Below are positions 26,776-34,924 of a stretch of DNA of 64,000 nucleotides, piece after piece. The first letter of the stretch is position 1; each line of letters starts with the position of its first letter. The translations under genes and the position numbers were made by a program. Under the pieces are notes generated by a model that was not told the DNA's origin, did not search any database, and saw nothing but the letters and a program-made list of their open reading frames with translations. Source of the stretch: an uncultured Bacteroidia bacterium (GTDB lineage: Bacteria; Bacteroidota; Bacteroidia; Bacteroidales; UBA932); NCBI GenBank assembly GCA_902784435.1, contig CACZUR010000001.1, positions 16,144 through 80,143 on the forward strand. Reading direction: 5' to 3'.

Positions 26776-27855
26776 TCAGATTTCTACGTCATCTTCCTGG
26801 TCCCAGCCATCTTGCCAGGTCACTGTGATCAGAAGGGCATCGTCGTCCGGCATATCGATGATTTCCGGATCCCGGGACCCGCGCCCCAGGATGACGATGT
26901 CCCGGGCCGAATAGATATGGTTCCGCGCCATTTCCGGGACATGGACCTGATAATAGAAGGTCTCGTCGTCCAAGGTGGCCTCCAGGACAATCCGGGTGCA
27001 GCGCTTTTCCCATACATCCAGCTGATGCGTGTCGGCACTGGCGGGTGTGGCATTGGGAAAGGCATAGAAGGAACTGAGGACGGTATAGGGCGCATCGGCC
27101 GTAATGACGGCATTGATATCCCTTTTTCCCAGCAGGGCGTCCATGCCCGCCTCGGCGGCTTCTCCCCGGTGCCAGCCTCCGCTGTTGTACCACGATGCCC
27201 GCGCATGGCTTAGCTGCATATAGGTGTAATCTTCTCCATAACAGGTTGTTCTATAGGCGTTTGTGATATAGATATGCCTCAGGGTGAAGGTCTTGGCGGC
27301 CAGCTGTGGCTTGGCGCTGAAATCCACGGCCACGCGGGTGACGTCTATCCGGGACACCAGCCGGGTAACGTTGATGGTCTTGGTCCGGAGTTCCGTATCC
27401 GTGGGTAAGAGGCCGGCCTCTCCGAACATCAGGAGGGAACCCTCGCCGTTGTCGCCCAGGTAGGCCACTTTTTCCGTGAGGTCCTCCGCCGTGCGCACGG
27501 TCGCCGGAAGGAAGGCTCCGGTCCCGTTCTCGGGGTAGTTCACGATGGCAAAGCAGCGGTAGTAGTGCCCCACCAGCAGTTTGAGCGGGATGTCGGAACC
27601 GGACTGGGACGATGCATAGCGGAACCAGCCGTTTTCCCGGTCAAAGGCGAAGACCGCCCATCGGCCGATGGCGTTTTCCGCTCCGCTGCCCGATACGCTG
27701 TCTTTTGTGGCCTCCCCGCCGGCGCGGAAGAGTACTTCCACCCACGTCCCCTTTTCTTCCGGCTCCTCGGAGACCGGCGGCAGGGGACGGGCGCAGGAAA
27801 CCATCAGGCCAACGAGTAATATCTTTTTGATAGACTGTAACATAGGATCACTCAT
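26776..27855 (-). CDS. Fimbrillin-family minor pilin lipoprotein
   Basis: LMVSC lipobox, VFAFD, FAIVN, VTRLVSRI, FYAFPN, TRIVLEA and MARNHIY. Alternative start at 27843. Confidence 0.75.
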   Translation of the reverse strand: MSDPMLQSIKKILLVGLMVSCARPLPPVSEEPEEKGTWVEVLFRAGGEATKDSVSGSGAENAIGRWAVFAFDRENGWFRYASSQSGSDIPLKLLVGHYYRCFAIVNYPENGTGAFLPATVRTAEDLTEKVAYLGDNGEGSLLMFGEAGLLPTDTELRTKTINVTRLVSRIDVTRVAVDFSAKPQLAAKTFTLRHIYITNAYRTTCYGEDYTYMQLSHARASWYNSGGWHRGEAAEAGMDALLGKRDINAVITADAPYTVLSSFYAFPNATPASADTHQLDVWEKRCTRIVLEATLDDETFYYQVHVPEMARNHIYSARDIVILGRGSRDPEIIDMPDDDALLITVTWQDGWDQEDDVEI

Positions 27856-28695
27856 TTAAAATTCATATTTCAGTTCTTCCTGGGTCCAGGGGAATACGGA
27901 AACGCTCACGCTGAACTCCTCATAGTCAATTTCCAGATGCACGTCCGGCAGGTTCTTTTCCGTCCAGGTCAGGTTTCCTTTCTGGAGCAGCAAATCGTAT
28001 AGATTGAAGCGGTGCTGCACGCCGGCATGCTCACTGATGTATTCCCGGCCGCTAAGTTCCAGCATCAGGTCCTGGTCGGCCTGCCGGGGCAGCAGGAATT
28101 CGAAATGGCCGATGCCTTCTTCCGGCGGACTGTATTCGAAGCCGCCCCGCAGGGGAACGCCCGTAAAGGCGTCTATCCCGCAGGTGTTCCCCTGTACGCG
28201 GAGGTCGAAAGGGAAACGTCCCTGGGCCGATACGAAGGTTTCCACCCCCACGAACTGGATGCTCACCCGGGTGTACTCCTTGGTGAATTCCACGGGGACG
28301 ATGAACGACTCCTCCTGCACCTCGGCCAGGTAGGAGTAGCGGAACAGCGGCACATAATTGCTGCCCAGGGGTGCCCGCCAGAGGGCTCCGTCGGAGACCA
28401 GGCCTTCTTCTCCGATGAGTCCGTAACCCTTTACGGCATCCGCCCTGCGCACGGAGAAGAAGAAAAGCCTTTCCCGGATGTCCCGCACGGAGGTCTTGGC
28501 TTCGTCCATGACAGCCCCTTGCGGATGACTGTACACATTGGTATACACCTGCGTGTAGGACTGGAAGTCGGACGGCGGGTTCAGGATGTCGAAAAACAGA
28601 AAACTGGGGCATTCCCGCCGGTCTTCCAGCACCCAGCGGTGGCAGGACAGGAGCGGCAGCGTGGCCACGAGGAGTGTCAGTAGCAATCGTTTCAT
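27856..28695 (-). CDS. FimB/Mfa2-like anchor pilin lipoprotein
   Basis: LLSC-HRWVLEDRRECP (C-x-D-xxx-CP anchor signature), LPRQ and C-terminal VSVFPW. Start moved to MKRLLL. Confidence 0.7.
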   Translation of the reverse strand: MKRLLLTLLVATLPLLSCHRWVLEDRRECPSFLFFDILNPPSDFQSYTQVYTNVYSHPQGAVMDEAKTSVRDIRERLFFFSVRRADAVKGYGLIGEEGLVSDGALWRAPLGSNYVPLFRYSYLAEVQEESFIVPVEFTKEYTRVSIQFVGVETFVSAQGRFPFDLRVQGNTCGIDAFTGVPLRGGFEYSPPEEGIGHFEFLLPRQADQDLMLELSGREYISEHAGVQHRFNLYDLLLQKGNLTWTEKNLPDVHLEIDYEEFSVSVSVFPWTQEELKYEF

Positions 28696-28709
28696 AATCA
28701 GAATCTTAA

Positions 28710-28760
28710 TGGAGGGGGACCCGGGAATCGAACCCGGCGTGGCCCCGCATGGCATCCCCC
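28710..28760 (-). ncRNA. 51-nt tRNA-like element (acceptor stem + T-arm + CCA) in the pilus operon
   Basis: Minus strand reads GGGGGAT-GCCATGCGGGGCCACG-CCGGG-TTCGATT-CCCGG-GTCCCCC-T-CCA. Confidence 0.7.
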
Positions 28761-28773
28761 TGCGGCTGCGCCG

Positions 28774-29910
28774 TTAGAATTCGTAAGAAAGGTTCACCGT
28801 ATCGGTCCAGGGATCCACCGTAATGGTAGGTGTCACACGGCCGGCCTGGATATTGTCGTCTTTGTCGTCATTGTCCTTGCCCAGCATGGTGATGTTCACA
28901 TTCTGGATGCTGTACACCTTGTTGGCCTCCAATACAGGCAGGTCAAACACGTAATAAGTGGGTTTGTCGATGCTCACAGCGGCTTTTTTTACATGCGCCT
29001 TGATCACCACACGCGTCATGCGCGGCGTCCAGGTGTCGCCGTGACTGTCCGTGGTCGTCTTGTTGGGATAGGCAAACAGGCAACGTCCCAGGTTGGTCGG
29101 AGAGGCGGGGCTGGCTACCGTGCACACTTTGGTCCAGGTATCGGAAACCACATCCGGCGCCCCGGAAGCCTGTTTGGTCAGTTTGTTATACCAGTTGCTG
29201 GCCGACTCCAGCGTGGCGTCGGTAGGTTCCAGGATGCCAAAAGCGGAATTGGCAGCGTTGGCCGTGGCCGTTACGCCAAGCCGGGAGACTCCCACCACAT
29301 TCTTCAGATAAATATCCTCTACCTGGAAAGATGCCCCCTCCAGGGAGGTCCCGTTGAAATCCACCGTAATGCTCTCCAGAACAACCATGGACGCGAGGCG
29401 CTTGACCCAGATGCCCATGGTCTGAGGCGTCTGGCTACTGTTTTTGTTTTTGTCATATTCGCCCACCGTAATGGTGTTTTTCCCGGACATGACCAGTTTG
29501 GTGGGGGTGTTTTCGCTCAAGTTGCTGAGCTCTGCCTCGAAATCGGCCAGGGAATACACTCCCTGCGTTTTGTACAGACGGCTGTGGTTCAGGAGGGCAT
29601 ATACGGTCTTGGCGCCGGTCATGGTATTGACGGTGACGGAGGTGCTGTTGTTCACGGGAGTAATGCTCTTGAACAGGTCCGTTTCCAACAGATTCTGGGC
29701 ATTGAACACAAAGATCTGTACAGAACTGATCTGGTTGTCTTTCAGGGAAGTATAATCCGACTTGGTCTGGCTTTCTTCCGGTACGGAGATGTTTACGGTC
29801 AAGCTTTCGGTCGGTACATCGGATACGGCCTCGGGGGAGACGTTTTTCCGGCAGGAGAAGGCGGTGAGCAGGGCTGCAGCCGCCGCAAGGTAAAAGAGGG
29901 TGTGTTTCAT
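28774..29910 (-). CDS. Putative major type V pilin (FimA/Mfa1-like fimbrillin)
   Basis: AFSC lipobox, QTKS, QIFVFN, VYALLN, LVMSG, VKRLAS, LFAYPN, TRVVIKA and C-terminal ITVDPW strand. Confidence 0.8.
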   Translation of the reverse strand: MKHTLFYLAAAAALLTAFSCRKNVSPEAVSDVPTESLTVNISVPEESQTKSDYTSLKDNQISSVQIFVFNAQNLLETDLFKSITPVNNSTSVTVNTMTGAKTVYALLNHSRLYKTQGVYSLADFEAELSNLSENTPTKLVMSGKNTITVGEYDKNKNSSQTPQTMGIWVKRLASMVVLESITVDFNGTSLEGASFQVEDIYLKNVVGVSRLGVTATANAANSAFGILEPTDATLESASNWYNKLTKQASGAPDVVSDTWTKVCTVASPASPTNLGRCLFAYPNKTTTDSHGDTWTPRMTRVVIKAHVKKAAVSIDKPTYYVFDLPVLEANKVYSIQNVNITMLGKDNDDKDDNIQAGRVTPTITVDPWTDTVNLSYEF

Positions 29911-29921
29911 AAAAATAGGTA

Positions 29922-31907
29922 TTAAAGGGTTGAATATGAGTCGTCTTCTTTGTTCAGTCCATAGCGCTGGATGAGTACGTAGATTTCGGGGTCCAGGTTG
30001 CCCCGGAACACATAGGAGTGGTCTTGCCGGCAGGCATCCATGTAGTGCTGGACGGCTTTCTCGTCGTCCTGGTTCCGGGCATACAGCAGGGCCAGCATGT
30101 AGTTTACGGGCGCCGTGCGGGGGAGTTCCTGCAGGATGGAGAGGGCCGACGCGTTGTAGTCCAGCGACACGTAGGCGATGGCCGTGTTGTAGTCCCGGTA
30201 CTCGCGCAGGTATGTGAGCGCTTTCTTGTATTCCCGGTCCTTCAGGTAACGGACGCCTTTCATGTAGGTGGTGTCCAGCTGCGTGGTATGCACGGTATCC
30301 TTGATCATCCCTTTCCTGTGCAGATGGAAGTCGAAACGGACGGTCCGGAGCCGGGGATACAGCTTTTCCCGCAGATAAGGGTAATAGGCCTGCCCCTGCA
30401 GGAGCCGCTCCCGTGCATCGGCATCGGCCACCTCCAGCGACTGCATATAGGAGCGTTTGTCGGTGGCCGACAGCAGCGAATCTTCGTCTACGAGGACGGA
30501 CAGGTAATGCCAGTTTTCACCGTTGGAGCGCGACCGGAAGCGGATTTCCGTCCCTTCCTCATGGCCGATACGTTCCCGTCCGTCGGCCCCTACCATGACG
30601 CTGAAACTGCTCCGGCGGACGGAGTCCCGGTAGTGGCGCACAAAGGTATCGAAGTACGCCGCCACGGACGCCGCCCGTTTCTCCGAGAGCGTAACATTGG
30701 CTTTCTGAGTTCCTTCCGGGGATGCCGACGCCGAGATGACGATGCTGTCCATCTCGAAGCGGCTGCTGCCCATCAGCTCCACGATGTTGTCGCGGATGCG
30801 TCCCATCTCTTCCCGGTTGTGCCCCAGGGCGAGGTCAATCTCGCTGCGGCCCTGGGCAAAATCCACGTAGCAGGCCGTATGGGCGGCCGCCTTTCGCTCC
30901 AGCACCTGCGTCAGATAGCGCTCTTTCTCGTCCACGAAGGCCGACAAAGAACTGATATAGAAGGTCAGAGGCTCCGAACGGGGCATGGTGTACAGGTGGT
31001 TTTCCTGCTCGAAGATGTCTCCGGAAAGCACGATGTCCACCTTGCGTAACCGGGGCCGCGTCTGGATGCTCTGAGTGTACTGGTATACGAAGTTGCCGTC
31101 GATGTCCCGGAGGACCGTGTCCAGGCGGATGCCGCTGGTGAGGATGGGCGCTTTCACCAGTTCCCGGAACTTCTCGCCCCGCAGATGCCACATCTTTTCG
31201 TGCCGATGCCGTTTGAACCAGTAGGTGTAGTGCCGGATGGCATCGGCCTCGGTGGGGCCGAAGAGCGAATGGAAACTGTCCTCGGCCACCAGCGACGTGT
31301 CGCTTTTGAAGCGGTACAGCTCCGGCATGTTCCGGGCAATCCAGATGTTCAGGTTGCGCCAGTCAACGAAGGCGCTGGTGTCCGTGATGATGCTTTTGAG
31401 GTACTTGTCGTAGAGTTCGTACCCCCGCAACTGGCGCTTCCGGAAGTCGCTGCCGGTGATGATGACGGGCTCCAGGCGCACGCTGTCTTCCAGGATGAAC
31501 ATGTCCGGATAGAACTGCAGCTGCCACCGGGAGTCCATCATCTCTTCCGGGACGATGACCTCGAAGCGGAGGTCCACCTTCCCGTGCCGTTCGGCCACAT
31601 TGCGGAACCGGGCGGTAATCACGGCAGCGTTGATGACGTCGGTGGCCACCATCTCGCCGGAGGCCTCGTCCCGCACGGCCTTCATCAGGAGCAGCTGTTC
31701 ACCGTTCTCTCCGGTGACCGTGATGGTGTCCCTCCGGGCCTGTGCAATCACTTTCCGCTCCTCGGCCATCTCGTTGCGGGAGAGCGCCAGCTTGGCCGCA
31801 AGCTGTTCTTTATGAACGGTTTGCAGTTTCCTGGGTCCACCACATCCGATGACTGCGGCCAGAAGGACGGTGCACAGAAGGAAGGAAAGCCAATTGAAAT
31901 GTTTCAT
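29922..31907 (-). CDS. Pilus-associated lipoprotein with DUF3868-like and OmpA-like domains and a TPR-like tail
   Basis: VIGC lipobox; SASPEG...NVTLSEKRA; ENW; LYPRLR. Start moved to MKHFNW. Confidence 0.7.
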   Translation of the reverse strand: MKHFNWLSFLLCTVLLAAVIGCGGPRKLQTVHKEQLAAKLALSRNEMAEERKVIAQARRDTITVTGENGEQLLLMKAVRDEASGEMVATDVINAAVITARFRNVAERHGKVDLRFEVIVPEEMMDSRWQLQFYPDMFILEDSVRLEPVIITGSDFRKRQLRGYELYDKYLKSIITDTSAFVDWRNLNIWIARNMPELYRFKSDTSLVAEDSFHSLFGPTEADAIRHYTYWFKRHRHEKMWHLRGEKFRELVKAPILTSGIRLDTVLRDIDGNFVYQYTQSIQTRPRLRKVDIVLSGDIFEQENHLYTMPRSEPLTFYISSLSAFVDEKERYLTQVLERKAAAHTACYVDFAQGRSEIDLALGHNREEMGRIRDNIVELMGSSRFEMDSIVISASASPEGTQKANVTLSEKRAASVAAYFDTFVRHYRDSVRRSSFSVMVGADGRERIGHEEGTEIRFRSRSNGENWHYLSVLVDEDSLLSATDKRSYMQSLEVADADARERLLQGQAYYPYLREKLYPRLRTVRFDFHLHRKGMIKDTVHTTQLDTTYMKGVRYLKDREYKKALTYLREYRDYNTAIAYVSLDYNASALSILQELPRTAPVNYMLALLYARNQDDEKAVQHYMDACRQDHSYVFRGNLDPEIYVLIQRYGLNKEDDSYSTL

Positions 31908-31911
31908 AGGT

Positions 31912-32466
31912 TCAGAAAATGAGTTGGATGGCAATGCGGGCGTCCGGGAGTACGAATACCTTCCCGCCCTGGTCGGTAATGACCCCGCACAGGGGACAGG
32001 AATACCGTACATACTGCTTCCATCCGCCCCAGGCCCCGATGCCCAGGTCCAGGTTCCAGTTTTCCGTGAGCATGATGGCATAACCGCCGTAAAGACCTGC
32101 TCCATAGGCGTTTCCTTCTTCGGTGTCCCGCCGGAGGATGCCGCCTATGTTGTACACCGAGTAACGGAAGTCGGCGCCGGCCCACCAGCCGGAATAGACG
32201 TGCCAGGGCCAGAAACGGAGGCCTCCCCAATAAGAGTTCTGCCGCATCTGCAGCTGTTTTTCGGGATCTCCCGCCCGCCAGGTCCAGGGGTTCAGCTCCG
32301 TGCCCACGTGCACGGAGTAGTTCTGGGATACGGCGATGGATGCTTCGGCATTCAGCGTGGCAAAGCTGAGCCAGTCTACGGCATTGGTGCCCACGCCGAA
32401 GCGCTGTCCGGTGCAGGGTAGCGCCAGGGCCAGAAGGAGGCCTGCCACCAGGATGGTCTTTCTCAT
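31912..32466 (-). CDS. DUF3575 family outer-membrane beta-barrel protein
   Basis: VGTN...TLNAE...NPW...RFWPW...YNIGG...EG...GY...WNLDLGIG, ending in F. Confidence 0.85.
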   Translation of the reverse strand: MRKTILVAGLLLALALPCTGQRFGVGTNAVDWLSFATLNAEASIAVSQNYSVHVGTELNPWTWRAGDPEKQLQMRQNSYWGGLRFWPWHVYSGWWAGADFRYSVYNIGGILRRDTEEGNAYGAGLYGGYAIMLTENWNLDLGIGAWGGWKQYVRYSCPLCGVITDQGGKVFVLPDARIAIQLIF

Positions 32467-32470
32467 GGGA

Positions 32471-32827
32471 TCAGTCTCTTTGAACTTGCATGGGGAAGTC
32501 GTCCTTTGGAATGATTTCCACGTAGCGGGCCAGGACGTCGTTGCTGGTGCGCTCCACGTTGTCCTGACTTACGTATTTCCGTACGCGCAGGCGGCCGATG
32601 ACCCGCACCCACATGCCTTTTTTGAGCGCGTGCAGGTCTTCAATCCCGTCTACGCCGTTCCAGGCCGATACGTTGAACCAGGTGGTTTCGATGGCCGTAT
32701 TCCGCTCCTTGTCCAGGACGGAGCACTCCGTCACCACCGAAAAGTTGCATACGTAGTTGCTGTTGAAGACGTTTACATCGGCCCGTCCCACAACGCCCCT
32801 GAGTTCGATTTTGTTTAAAAATTCCAT
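32471..32827 (-). CDS. ssb: Single-stranded DNA-binding (SSB-like OB-fold) protein, 118 aa
   Basis: LNKIELRGVVG, FSVVT, ETTWFNVSAW and LKKGMWVRVIGRLRVRKY; no long linker. Start moved to MEFLNK. Confidence 0.75.
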   Translation of the reverse strand: MEFLNKIELRGVVGRADVNVFNSNYVCNFSVVTECSVLDKERNTAIETTWFNVSAWNGVDGIEDLHALKKGMWVRVIGRLRVRKYVSQDNVERTSNDVLARYVEIIPKDDFPMQVQRD

Positions 32828-32914
32828 AGCGATTCTTTCTTTGAAGGTTGAACTGTCGCCGCTCCGGTCTGCGCGCCGTCCGGATCCGGCAGATGCAAAG
32901 TAAGGCAGCGCGCA

Positions 32915-32947
32915 AGGAAAAAAACGCCCGGGGAGTAGCCCGGGCTG
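32915..32947 (-). terminator. Intrinsic terminator upstream of the ssb/pilus promoter
   Basis: Minus strand GCCCGGG-CTACTC-CCCGGGC followed by GTTTTTTT. Confidence 0.65.
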
Positions 32948-33144
32948 CAGTTTTTTATGTTTCAAAGGTTTTCTGACGGTTTTCGCTGTGGTATCATAAG
33001 AAAAAACGCACTCCCTTTGAAAAAACAATAGGTTGTGCGTTTTTTGTGGACCCGTGGAAACAGAAAAGAAATGGGAAATCTTTCAACCGATGCTTGGAGT
33101 TTCCACTTCCGGAGGCCATCTTTGGGGAAAAACGGAAAGCGCTC

Positions 33145-33552
33145 ATGTACGATCTTACAGAACCATTGTCCCAGCCCGAACGCTGTGTCCAGTGCGGAAC
33201 GCTCATCGGCCTGGGAAGGATAGGACGGAAATTCTGCAGCGTCGCCTGCAAGAACAAATGGCACAACCAGCACCGCCTCCCGGACAAGGACCGGGAGGCC
33301 AAACGCGTCATCCGCATCCTGAACAACAACCGGGAACTGCTGCTGCGGCTGATGAACATGAATGTCCACAACATAGACCGGCTCACGCTCATGAACCTGG
33401 GCTACAACCTGAATTATTTTACCTCCGTCCACCGGGCAGGGAGCCGCCTGGTATATGCCTGCCTGGACGTCAAATACGAATTAACCCCCACCCGGATGAA
33501 GAAAATAGAACTTCTGCGGATGGGGGTAGAGGTGTTGGAAGAAAATGACTAG
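33145..33552 (+). CDS. Zn-ribbon (DUF2116-like) protein
   Basis: CVQCG...GR..RKFCSVACKNKWHN, ILNNNRELL, LGYNLNYFT. Start placed at MYDLTEP. Confidence 0.75.
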   Translation: MYDLTEPLSQPERCVQCGTLIGLGRIGRKFCSVACKNKWHNQHRLPDKDREAKRVIRILNNNRELLLRLMNMNVHNIDRLTLMNLGYNLNYFTSVHRAGSRLVYACLDVKYELTPTRMKKIELLRMGVEVLEEND

Positions 33553-34835
33553 GCGGCTTTCTTCTGCTTCTGCGGGTCTTTGAACAGGATCCAGAACAGG
33601 ATGCCTACCACAAAGGCGTAGCCGGCGAAGATGTACCAGGCGTTGGGCCAGTTGGCCGGGGTATTGAATACGTCACAGGCATCTACCACGGCGCCGGCGG
33701 CCAGCGTGCCGATGGTGGCGCCGAAGCCGTTGGTCATCATCATGAACAGGCCCTGGGCGCTGGAACGGATGTCCACCGCGGCATTCTGTTCCACATACAG
33801 GGAACCGGAGATGTTGAAAAAGTCGAAGGCGAAGCCGTACACGATGCAGCTGAGAACGAAGAGCAGCACGCCCGGCATGGCCGGATTACCCAGTCCGAAG
33901 AAGGCAAAGCGGAACACCCAGGCAAACATGGCGATGAGCATGACGTTCTTGATGCCGAATTTCTTCATGGCAAACGGAATGAACAGGATGCAAAGGGTTT
34001 CCGATGCCTGGGAAATGGCGATGAGGGCGTTGGAATTCTTGACGGCGAAGGTATTGGCCAGGGCGGGATCTGCGGCGAAGGAGCCCAGGAAGGTGTTGGC
34101 GTAGCCGTTGGTAATCTGGAGGGAGGCGCCCAGGAGCATGCTGAAAATAAAGAAGATGGCAAACTGCGGGTCCTTGAAAAGGGTGAAAGCCTTGAGGCCG
34201 AAGGCATCGGAGAGGGTTTCGTTCTTCTTGGTCTTGTCGATGGGGCAGGCCGGCATGGTGAGGGCGTAGCCGCAGAGGATGAGGGACAGGACGCCCGAAG
34301 AGATGAGCTGCGTATAGCTGTCCTGCATGGCCACGCCGCCGATGTGCAGGAAGTTGGTGAGGAGCATGCTGCAGATGAAGCCCACCGTGCCGAACACGCG
34401 GATGGGCGGGAACTCCTTCACAGGGTCCATGCCTTCTTTGGCCATGGCGTTGTACGAAACGGAATTCACCAGGGCGATGGTGGGCATGAAGAAGGCCACG
34501 CTGAGGCTGTAGAGGATGAACAGCGGGGCAAACTGCACCTGGCTCCCGGAAATCATGCAGTACACGCCGGCTCCGGCCATGAACAGACCGGCAAAACCGT
34601 GGCACATGGACAGGACCTTCTGGGCCTCCATCTTTTTGTCGGCCAGGATACCCATCAGGGTGGGCATGAAGATGGACACGATGCCCTGCATGGCGAAGAA
34701 CCATTTGATCTGGGACCCCAGGCCGATGTTTCCGAGGTATCTGCCCAGGGAGGTGAGGTAGGCACCCCAGACGGCAAACTCCAGGAACAGCATCGCGATG
34801 AGCTTGAAGGTAACGGGTTTGATCTTGATTTGCAT
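33549..34835 (-). CDS. nupG: Nucleoside:H+ symporter (MFS)
   Basis: MLFLEFAVWGAY, FPPIRVFGTVGFI, SQASE and AQGLFMMMTNG motifs. Confidence 0.9.
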   Translation of the reverse strand: MQIKIKPVTFKLIAMLFLEFAVWGAYLTSLGRYLGNIGLGSQIKWFFAMQGIVSIFMPTLMGILADKKMEAQKVLSMCHGFAGLFMAGAGVYCMISGSQVQFAPLFILYSLSVAFFMPTIALVNSVSYNAMAKEGMDPVKEFPPIRVFGTVGFICSMLLTNFLHIGGVAMQDSYTQLISSGVLSLILCGYALTMPACPIDKTKKNETLSDAFGLKAFTLFKDPQFAIFFIFSMLLGASLQITNGYANTFLGSFAADPALANTFAVKNSNALIAISQASETLCILFIPFAMKKFGIKNVMLIAMFAWVFRFAFFGLGNPAMPGVLLFVLSCIVYGFAFDFFNISGSLYVEQNAAVDIRSSAQGLFMMMTNGFGATIGTLAAGAVVDACDVFNTPANWPNAWYIFAGYAFVVGILFWILFKDPQKQKKAA

Positions 34836-34924
34836 AATATGAATAGTGTTATTGTTATTCTGCAGCTGTTCAATCATACAAAAATACAAATTTTTCCGTA
34901 TTTTTGCAGTATAAAATCATTTTG

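Noticed and set aside
28710-28760. Functional decoding tRNA, or att duplicate of the tRNA-Arg or tmRNA in this window
   Set aside because: Only 51 nt with no normal anticodon or D arm, and the sequence differs from both 3' ends in the window. It has its own complementary 5' acceptor strand, which a simple att duplication would lack. A decayed tRNA-Gly relic cannot be excluded without the full genome.
23307-29910. Diversity-generating retroelement targeting the pilins
   Set aside because: No reverse transcriptase and no TR/VR repeat pair seen in the window.
32896-33145. Invertible (phase-variable) promoter for the pilus operon
   Set aside because: The short inverted repeats do not enclose the -7 box, and no recombinase is adjacent.
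20955-33552. Intact integrative element or prophage at ssrA
   Set aside because: No integrase, relaxase, phage structural genes or direct repeat of the ssrA 3' end was found.
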